Assembly: GCF_000012345.1 (NCBI RefSeq)
Contig: NC_007205.1
Coordinates: forward strand, 450,001-482,000
Direction: 5' to 3'
DNA: 32,000 nt
Source: Candidatus Pelagibacter ubique HTCC1062
GTDB taxonomy: Bacteria > Pseudomonadota > Alphaproteobacteria > Pelagibacterales > Pelagibacteraceae
Shown here: in pieces, positions 17,248 to 24,192 of the stretch
How the letters are laid out: each line of letters starts with the position of its first letter
Numbering within the stretch: position 1 is the stretch's first letter
Position numbers and translations under genes: made by a program
The notes under the pieces: model-generated
Seen by the model: the letters and a program-made list of their open reading frames with translations, nothing else
Databases searched by the model: none
What the model was told of the DNA's origin: nothing

Positions 17248-18645
17248 ATGAATAAAGAAAATAAACTAATTCCTGGGTTACCCTCAGGATTTGAAGATCG
17301 ATGGGGCAAAAAATTAATTCTCAAGAAAAAGTTAATTAATACTATTGAAGCTAATTTTGTAAAATTTGGTTTTGGTGCTCTTGAAACGCCTTCATTTGAA
17401 ATTTCAGAGAACATAGGATCATTTCTTGCAGATGATGATAGTAATCCTATGTCTGACGTATTCTCATTCAAAGATGGGGAGAAAAATATTACACTTAGAT
17501 ATGATTTATCAAGTCCACTAGCTAGATTTGTTGCTCAAAATAATCAGGAATTACCCTTACCTTATAAAAGATATCAAATGGGTGATGTCTGGAGAAACGA
17601 AAAAGCGGGTAATGCTCGTTATAGAAGCTTTTTACAATGTGATGCTGATATAGTTGGTAACGTTAACCCAGCCCAAGCAAATGCTGAACTATGTAATTTG
17701 ATTGCAAGTACACTTCTTGCCTGTGGTTTAAAAAAAGATCAGTTCGTTGTTAACATTAGTAATAGAAAAATTGTTCAAGGTTTAATTGAAGACCTTAAAA
17801 TATCCGATGATAAGAAGATAAAGGTTATGAGAGCAATAGATAAATTAGATAAGCCTGGCTTTGGTTTAAGAGGAGTTGAAGATTTATTAAAAGAAGAAAG
17901 AGTAGATGCAAGTGGAGCTGTTACAAAGGGTGCTAACTTAACAGATGATCAAGCTTCACAAATAATCAATTTCTTAAAAGTAAAAGATTTAAAAGAATTA
18001 AAAGAAAATTTAAAAAATCCTTTATCTCAAGAAGGAATTAAAGAATTAGAAGATTTATTAGAAATAGTAAGTTATGGAGATTATTTAGATCAAATAAAGA
18101 CAAACTTTACAATTGTAAGAGGGCTTGCTTATTATGATGGGTTTTGTGTTGAAACCAATTTAAATTTCAAAGCAAAAAACAGCAAAGGTAAAGAAGTTGA
18201 TATAGGAAGTATTTGTTCAGGTGGACAATATAATAAATTAATTTCAAGATTTAAGGGAGTTGATATTCCAGGAACTGGAATGAGCTTTGGTGTTGACCGA
18301 TTATTATTTGCAATGATGCAACTTGATCAAATTGAAGTGGATGAAAAAAAACCAGTCATTATTTGTGTAATGGACGAAAAGTATTTAAAAAATTATTATG
18401 AGATTTTAAAAGTTTTAAGAGATAATAATATTAACTCTGAAATATTTTTAGATAGTAAAAAAAATTTAGGCAAACAATTAACGTACGCAAATAAAAAACA
18501 ATGCCCGGTAGCTGTTATTTGTGGTGAAAATGAATTTAAAGATAATACGATTACTTTAAAAAACCTTTTAGGAGTTAAAGGTGAAAACAATCAGTTAACG
18601 TTCCCAAAAGAAAATTTAATTAATGAAATCAAAAAATTTATCTGA
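17248..18645 (+). CDS. hisS: Histidine--tRNA ligase (divergent alphaproteobacterial type)
   Basis: Class II aaRS/HisRS features are LRYDLSSPLARF, motif 2 WRNEKAGNARYRSFLQCDADIVG, GGQYNKL and GMSFGVDRL. A C-terminal anticodon-binding domain is present. Length is 465 aa. The ATG lies 5 nt after the tRNA-His CCA. Confidence 0.9.
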   Translation: MNKENKLIPGLPSGFEDRWGKKLILKKKLINTIEANFVKFGFGALETPSFEISENIGSFLADDDSNPMSDVFSFKDGEKNITLRYDLSSPLARFVAQNNQELPLPYKRYQMGDVWRNEKAGNARYRSFLQCDADIVGNVNPAQANAELCNLIASTLLACGLKKDQFVVNISNRKIVQGLIEDLKISDDKKIKVMRAIDKLDKPGFGLRGVEDLLKEERVDASGAVTKGANLTDDQASQIINFLKVKDLKELKENLKNPLSQEGIKELEDLLEIVSYGDYLDQIKTNFTIVRGLAYYDGFCVETNLNFKAKNSKGKEVDIGSICSGGQYNKLISRFKGVDIPGTGMSFGVDRLLFAMMQLDQIEVDEKKPVIICVMDEKYLKNYYEILKVLRDNNINSEIFLDSKKNLGKQLTYANKKQCPVAVICGENEFKDNTITLKNLLGVKGENNQLTFPKENLINEIKKFI

Positions 18646-19675
18646 AAAAATTCTTAGATCGGTTAAATCTAAAGGATTTAAATATATTGATTTACCTTCA
18701 GTAATTGAGGCCAATCATATCGTTCAACGATCTGGGGAAAATTTTAGAAAGTTTATTTTTTCATTTACTGATCAAAATGGTAGTGAGCTTTGTCTTAGAC
18801 CCGATCTAACTATTGCATCATGTTTAAGATACTTAGAAAATAATCTTAAAGGAAAAGAGAAAATATTTTATAGCGGTCAGGCCTATAGAAAATCAAATAA
18901 TAAAAGAGATTCTATTATTAGAGACCAAGTTGGCTTTGAGATTATTGGCTCTAAAGATGAAAAGAAAGATGATAAGGAAATTATTAATACAGCCTTAAAA
19001 TCTCTATCTAATTTACAATATTCATCAGGAACTTTAAAAATTGGTAACGTTGAGATTTTCAATTTATTAATTTCAAAGCTAGATATCCCAAAAAGATGGA
19101 AATTAAGACTTTCAAGACATTTTTGGAGAGAAGAATACTTCAATGACTTATTAAAAAGATTAGAGACAAACTCTGATGTAGACCCAACGATTGTTGAAGT
19201 TGATAAAAAGAGATATTTAAAAATGTTAAAAGATAATCAGCAAACAATAGTTGCTGGACGATCAATTGAAGAGATTTTAAAGAGATTTGATAACAAGATT
19301 AAAGATCCAAGAAGAGCTAGTAGAGGTAAAAACGTTTCAAAAATTATTAAAGAGTTTTTAAAAATTAACTGTCCAATAGGACAAGCTGCTGAAAACCTTA
19401 ATATTTTTTTTAAAAAAAATAAAATTAATTTAGTTGTGGATCAAAAATATTTCCCAACTTCATTAAATAAAATTCAAAAATTAAATGTAGAGTTCTCAGC
19501 GTCTTTTGGGCGTCAATTAGAATATTATACAGGCATGGTATTTAAAATCGATATTAAATCTAAATCTAAAAATATTAATGTAATCAATGGTGGAAGATAC
19601 GACAAACTAATTTCAGACCTTGGATCTAAAAAACAAGTTCCAGCAGTAGGAGCTGCTTTAAATTTAAACTACTAA
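18623..19675 (+). CDS. hisZ: ATP phosphoribosyltransferase regulatory subunit (HisRS paralogue)
   Basis: The HisRS-like core (LRPDLT, NGGRYDKL) has no anticodon-binding domain. Length is 350 aa. It lies between hisS and a short-form hisG and overlaps hisS by 23 nt. Confidence 0.85.
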   Translation: MKSKNLSEKILRSVKSKGFKYIDLPSVIEANHIVQRSGENFRKFIFSFTDQNGSELCLRPDLTIASCLRYLENNLKGKEKIFYSGQAYRKSNNKRDSIIRDQVGFEIIGSKDEKKDDKEIINTALKSLSNLQYSSGTLKIGNVEIFNLLISKLDIPKRWKLRLSRHFWREEYFNDLLKRLETNSDVDPTIVEVDKKRYLKMLKDNQQTIVAGRSIEEILKRFDNKIKDPRRASRGKNVSKIIKEFLKINCPIGQAAENLNIFFKKNKINLVVDQKYFPTSLNKIQKLNVEFSASFGRQLEYYTGMVFKIDIKSKSKNINVINGGRYDKLISDLGSKKQVPAVGAALNLNY

Positions 19676-20364
19676 TGACAAAAAATATTATTAATATTGG
19701 AATTCCAAGTAAAGGTAGATTGAGAGCTGATATCTTAAAGATATTTAAAAAAAATAAATTAAATTTAGTCTCAGAAAGAGGTGAAAGAGATTTATTAGGA
19801 TCTATTAAAAACTTAAATAATGTTAAAGTATTATATCTTCATGCAAGAGAGATAGTTGAAAGACTTGGAGATGGCTCTTTAGATCTTGGCTTTTCTGGAT
19901 TTGATTTATTAAAAGAAAGTGAAGTAAATATTCAAAAAAAGATAAGTGTTGTTAAGAATTATGGATTTGGTAAAGCAACATTGGTTGTTGCTATCCCAGA
20001 CCCTTGGATTGATGTTCAAACAGTTGCTGATTTAGAAGAAATTGCTTTTGAATTTAAAGATAAAAAGAAAAAAAGATTAAGAGTGGCAACGAAATATCCT
20101 AATTTAACAAGAGAGTTTTTGTTTTCAAAAGGAGTTACTCAATTTAAGTTAGTTAGTAGTTTAGGTGCAACTGAAGCATATCCTTTTACAGGGTCATCTG
20201 AAATTATAACCGATATTACTTCATCTGGTGAAACTCTGAGAGCGAATAATCTTAGAATTCTTAAAGATGGCGAAATTTTAAAGTCAGAAGCCTGCATGAT
20301 GGCTTCAAAATCTTCTTTAAAAAATAGTCTAGTTAAAAAATTAGTTAAGCTACTTTCTAAGTAG
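19675..20364 (+). CDS. hisG: ATP phosphoribosyltransferase, short (HisZ-dependent) form
   Basis: GIPSKGRL, ATKYPNLT and GSSEIITDITSSGETLRAN are present. At 229 aa it lacks the C-terminal regulatory domain. A TAATG overlap couples it to hisZ. Confidence 0.9.
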   Translation: MTKNIINIGIPSKGRLRADILKIFKKNKLNLVSERGERDLLGSIKNLNNVKVLYLHAREIVERLGDGSLDLGFSGFDLLKESEVNIQKKISVVKNYGFGKATLVVAIPDPWIDVQTVADLEEIAFEFKDKKKKRLRVATKYPNLTREFLFSKGVTQFKLVSSLGATEAYPFTGSSEIITDITSSGETLRANNLRILKDGEILKSEACMMASKSSLKNSLVKKLVKLLSK

Positions 20365-20481
20365 AGTATCCTTAACGTAAATTAAAATAATCTTAATAAT
20401 ATCAAGGTTTCTAAGTACTGCATAAGCCGTAACTATAGTTCCTGTAATAAGTAGTATTTTTAATACTAAGATTAATTCCAT
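20350..20481 (-). CDS. Candidate 43-codon hydrophobic micro-ORF (MELILVLKILLITGTIVTAYAVLRNLDIIKIILIYVKDTLLRK)
   Basis: This is my own minus-strand translation and is not in the track. It occupies most of the unusually long hisG-rmuC spacer and overlaps the hisG 3' end by 15 nt. It would encode one TM-like helix. No SD is visible, and an ORF of this length could arise by chance. Confidence 0.25.
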   Translation of the reverse strand: MELILVLKILLITGTIVTAYAVLRNLDIIKIILIYVKDTLLRK

Positions 20482-20545
20482 AGAGACAGTTTTAAATAAT
20501 TACATATATAAATCAAATTTTTACTATAAAATATCTCATAGAATC

Positions 20546-21643
20546 ATGGACATAATTTTATTAACAGTTTTAGTCTTATTACTAGGAGTTGCTTTAGCAA
20601 TCCTTTATCTGAACTTAAGATCTAAGCCAAAAGATGAGAGCGAAAATAAAGAAGCTGAAGAGATGGCCAATTTAAAGACAGAAATTACTTCATTAAAAGA
20701 TACCTTAAATACTACTATTAATACTTCACTTGGTTCAATGTCGACTTCATTTACCGCTCTATCAACTGGGGTGACTAAAGATATGACAGAAGCTTTAACA
20801 AAAGTTGATGAAAAAGTAGGAAACTTCAACAGTCAGGTCGAATTATTAAATAAAAGCCAAGAAGGTATAACAAAAATTTTAGCTGGAGTTAAAAAATATG
20901 GAACTCTTGCGGAGTTTTCATTAGATGCACTGATTAAAGACTTATTACCTGCTTCTCAATTCATGACTAACGTTAAGATGAAAGAGGACACAAGTGAAAA
21001 TGTTGAATTTGCAATTAAGCTTCAGGGTGATGTTTTAGTACCAGTAGATTCTCACTTTCCAGTAGAAAAATTTAAAGCTATTACCGATGGTTATGACGCG
21101 GATGATAAAAGAGCTGTTGCAGATGCAAGAGCAAAATTAGCGACTGCATTTAAAGCTAAAGCTAAAAGTGTTAATGAAAAATATATTGTTCCACCAAAGA
21201 CAACAGATTTTGCAATAGTTTATGCACCGACTGAAAGTTTATATAAAGAGCTAACTGAATACCAAGATCCAACTACTAAAGAGTTATTAACTCAAGAATT
21301 AATGAAAAAACATAAAGTTGTAATCTGTGGTCCAAACACTCTTTCTGCTTATTTACAATCATTACACATGGGCTTTCAATCTCTAAAAGTTCAAAAGGGC
21401 GCAACTGAAATTTACGATCATCTAAAAACAATTAGCTCAAGATTTGGAAAACACTTTGATAATATAATTGCTCTTAGAAAAAAATTAGAAGAAGCAATGA
21501 TTGTTGTTGATAAGTTTGGAACAGATGCAAGATCGATCAGCAGAAGCCTAGAAAATATTAAAGATCCCGAACAAGTTGATAAAGCTGTTCAAACAGAAAA
21601 TGTAGAAAAATTTGTTGACCATTCAAAACAAGCCAAAAATTAA
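20546..21643 (+). CDS. rmuC: DNA recombination protein RmuC, N-terminally membrane-anchored
   Basis: An N-terminal TM helix (IILLTVLVLLLGVALAILYL) is followed by a long coiled-coil-like region. The RmuC core has VPVDSHFPVEKF, AIVYAPTESLY and VICGPNTLSAYLQSL. Length is 365 aa. Confidence 0.82.
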   Translation: MDIILLTVLVLLLGVALAILYLNLRSKPKDESENKEAEEMANLKTEITSLKDTLNTTINTSLGSMSTSFTALSTGVTKDMTEALTKVDEKVGNFNSQVELLNKSQEGITKILAGVKKYGTLAEFSLDALIKDLLPASQFMTNVKMKEDTSENVEFAIKLQGDVLVPVDSHFPVEKFKAITDGYDADDKRAVADARAKLATAFKAKAKSVNEKYIVPPKTTDFAIVYAPTESLYKELTEYQDPTTKELLTQELMKKHKVVICGPNTLSAYLQSLHMGFQSLKVQKGATEIYDHLKTISSRFGKHFDNIIALRKKLEEAMIVVDKFGTDARSISRSLENIKDPEQVDKAVQTENVEKFVDHSKQAKN

Positions 21644-21680
21644 TTTCATTTTTCCTTCAATACCCCTTATAACAAACTAT

Positions 21681-22370
21681 ATGCAGTGGAATAATAAATT
21701 TACTTATCCAAAATCTATGAGATCAATGGTTAGTGGCTCAAGAATGTATGCTGTAAATCAAGAAAAACTTCCATCAGTAACTTCCATATTACAAGCAACA
21801 CAAAGTGAAGAAAAAAAAGCATCTCTTGCAAATTGGAAAGCAAGAGTGGGCGCTGCTGAAGCTAATAGAATTAAAAATGATGCTTCAAGTAGAGGAACAT
21901 CGATGCATTCTCATTTAGAAAAATATTTATTAGGTCAATTAAATTTAGAGCTATTAGAAGAAGAGGCTAGTAAATCCAAAAAAATGGCAGATGAAATTAT
22001 TGAACAAGGTATAAAAGGAAAATTGTCAGAAATTTATGGTACTGAAGCAACATTATATTATCCAGGAAAATATGCGGGTACATGTGATGCTTGTGGAGTG
22101 TACGAGGGACAAGAAACTATCATTGATTTTAAACAGTCCAACAAACCGAAAAAAGAAGAGTGGATTGAGGACTATTACCTTCAATTAGGGGCTTATTCAT
22201 TAGCTCATAACGTTGTTCATAACTCAAATATCACTCAAGGAATTGTCCTGCTATGTACGGTTGATAATTTATTCCAAGATTTTAGAATTCAAGGTGTTAA
22301 ACTAGAAGAATATCAAAATAAGTTTTTAGAAAAAGTCGAACAATACTATCACCAAAGGAATATGAACTAA
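21681..22370 (+). CDS. PD-(D/E)XK (RecB/Cas4-like) nuclease-family protein
   Basis: Motifs occur in the order expected for the RecB-type nuclease fold: GTSMHSHLEKY, YAGTCDACGVY (Asp), ETIIDFKQS ((D/E)xK) and YYLQLGAYSLAH (QxxxY). I place the start at ATG 21681 (MQWNNKF...). The track's TTG at 21612 would overlap rmuC by 32 nt. Confidence 0.65.
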   Translation: MQWNNKFTYPKSMRSMVSGSRMYAVNQEKLPSVTSILQATQSEEKKASLANWKARVGAAEANRIKNDASSRGTSMHSHLEKYLLGQLNLELLEEEASKSKKMADEIIEQGIKGKLSEIYGTEATLYYPGKYAGTCDACGVYEGQETIIDFKQSNKPKKEEWIEDYYLQLGAYSLAHNVVHNSNITQGIVLLCTVDNLFQDFRIQGVKLEEYQNKFLEKVEQYYHQRNMN

Positions 22371-22371
22371 T

Positions 22372-23799
22372 ATGAACCTTGCAATATGGGATATCGAATC
22401 TAGTAGCGCTAATACTTCATGGGGAAGCATTATTGAAGTAGGTGGCATTTTAGTTGACCCAAATTTTAAAGAATTAGATCGTTTTAATTTTAGATGTAGA
22501 TTGCCAGAAGGAGAAGTTCCTCAAGCAATGGCTTTAATAGTTAACAAAACTAGCGTTGATTTATTAACCAAAGGAAATTTAAGTCACTACCAAATGTTAT
22601 CTCAGTTAGAAGCAACATTTAAAAAATGGAGCCCAGCAATGTTTATGGGTTGGTCAAATATTGGCTTTGATGATGAAATGATAAGAAATGAATTCTTTAG
22701 AGGAATTAGATATCCTTATATCACTAACGCAACTCCTAACAAAAGACATGATGGTTTAAACATTGTAAGAGGCGCTCATGCAGTAGATGAAAGTGTTGTA
22801 AAAACTGAAATAAATGCAAAAGGGAATGCGGTCATGAAACTAGAATCGTTAGCTAGAATGAATGGTTTTGAATCAAGTGGTGCTCACTCAGCTTTATTTG
22901 ATGCAGAACTAACCGTTAAGGTTTTAGGATTAATTAAAAAAAATCAGCCTCAAACTTGGGATACATTTTTAAGAACAGCAAACAAGAGCGATACAGAAAC
23001 AATATTTAAAACAGAAAAAATGTTTACATTAGCTGAATATCATTTTGGTAAAAATTATAGATTTGTAGTTGCACCACTTCACCCAAAACATTGTATTCAC
23101 CCAATCTATCAATGGGGCCAAGCTTTTGACCTTAAAATTGATCCTATTCCATTATTTGATATGTCAATTTCTGAACTTAAAAGTGCTATTAAAAAATTAA
23201 AGTTTTTAAGAACTATACGATCAAATAAAGCTCCTATAATTCTAGACGCAAGTTATGGACTACAAGTTGAACCATATAGTAATCTTGATCCTGATCTAAT
23301 TAAAGAGCGTGCAAAATTAGTAAACAGTAATGAGAGATTTTCTCAAAATGTTTTAACCGCATTACGAGAAACAGCTGAAGAAAAAGCACAATTCGATTCA
23401 CAAGTTGATTTACTGGCAGAAGAGACAATTTATAAAAAATTTACTCCTCAAAAAGATACAGCTTTATTTCCAAAATGGCATGCAGCTTCTTGGAAAGATA
23501 AATTAATATTATTAGATAAATTTGAAGACGAGAGAATGGTAAGCTTTGGAAAAAAGATAATATATCAAGAATCACCTGAGACACTTCCACCTGATATGTT
23601 TAAGACTATTAAGCGTGGAATAGCCGAAAGAATATTAAGTGATGAAAAAGAAAAATGGTGGACATGCAAAGAATTTTATTTTGAGTGTGATAATTTAAGA
23701 GATAGATATACAAACGAAAAAGATGAGAAAAAGCTGAAGTTTCTAGACGAAATTAATGAGTTCGTAGAAGGTATTCAAAAAAAATACGAACAAGCATAA
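22372..23799 (+). CDS. sbcB: Exodeoxyribonuclease I (DEDDh 3'-5' ssDNA exonuclease)
   Basis: Exo I is WDIESSS, Exo II is GWSNIGFDDEMIRNEFFRGIRYPY (compare E. coli GYNNVRFDDEVTRNIFYRNFYDPY, from memory), and Exo III is HSALFDAELT. Length is 475 aa, the same as E. coli ExoI. A C-terminal SH3-like/helical extension is present. Confidence 0.88.
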   Translation: MNLAIWDIESSSANTSWGSIIEVGGILVDPNFKELDRFNFRCRLPEGEVPQAMALIVNKTSVDLLTKGNLSHYQMLSQLEATFKKWSPAMFMGWSNIGFDDEMIRNEFFRGIRYPYITNATPNKRHDGLNIVRGAHAVDESVVKTEINAKGNAVMKLESLARMNGFESSGAHSALFDAELTVKVLGLIKKNQPQTWDTFLRTANKSDTETIFKTEKMFTLAEYHFGKNYRFVVAPLHPKHCIHPIYQWGQAFDLKIDPIPLFDMSISELKSAIKKLKFLRTIRSNKAPIILDASYGLQVEPYSNLDPDLIKERAKLVNSNERFSQNVLTALRETAEEKAQFDSQVDLLAEETIYKKFTPQKDTALFPKWHAASWKDKLILLDKFEDERMVSFGKKIIYQESPETLPPDMFKTIKRGIAERILSDEKEKWWTCKEFYFECDNLRDRYTNEKDEKKLKFLDEINEFVEGIQKKYEQA

Positions 23800-23840
23800 T
23801 AAGTCTCTGTTAATTAACTAAAAAAATCATTTTTTACATA

Positions 23841-23868
23841 TTGAATAAATCTAATAAGAATTTATATA
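23841..23868 (+). promoter_or_regulatory. Candidate sigma70-type promoter for trxA
   Basis: TTGAAT (23841-46), a 16-nt spacer, then TATATA (23863-68). The -10 element ends 6 nt before the trxA ATG, and there is no SD. In DNA this AT-rich, such a match can occur by chance. Confidence 0.3.
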
Positions 23869-23874
23869 TGAATC

Positions 23875-24192
23875 ATGCTTATTGATTTTAAAGACGAAGA
23901 ATTTGAAACAAAAATTAAGAATGAAGATATCTCTGTAGTTCAATTTTCTGCAGAATGGTGTGCTCCGTGCAAGAGCCTTAAACCCATCATGGATAAGTTT
24001 TCAGATAGCTACAAAGATAAAGCAAACTTTTATTATGCTGACATAGAAAATGGTGGAATTAACACAGGTTCAGCTGCTGGTGTAAGAGGTGTACCTACTG
24101 TTATTGTTTACAAAAAAGGTGTTGAAGTAGACAGAAAAGTTGGTGGAGTTGCTGAAAGTCAAATGAAAGAATTTCTAGATAAGAATATCTAG
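23875..24192 (+). CDS. trxA: Thioredoxin
   Basis: The active site is WCAPCK and the cis-Pro region is GVRGVPTVIVYK. Length is 105 aa. Confidence 0.92.
   Translation: MLIDFKDEEFETKIKNEDISVVQFSAEWCAPCKSLKPIMDKFSDSYKDKANFYYADIENGGINTGSAAGVRGVPTVIVYKKGVEVDRKVGGVAESQMKEFLDKNI

Noticed and set aside
17115-17471. 118-aa minus-strand ORF
   Set aside because: It overlaps the whole tRNA-His gene and the conserved hisS N-terminus in antisense, so it is a shadow ORF.
21612-21680. TTG start for the PD-(D/E)XK gene overlapping rmuC by 32 nt
   Set aside because: This is a non-ATG start with a long overlap. The extra residues (LTIQNKPKINFIFPSIPLITNY) look like translated spacer. ATG 21681 is preferred, but this remains unresolved.
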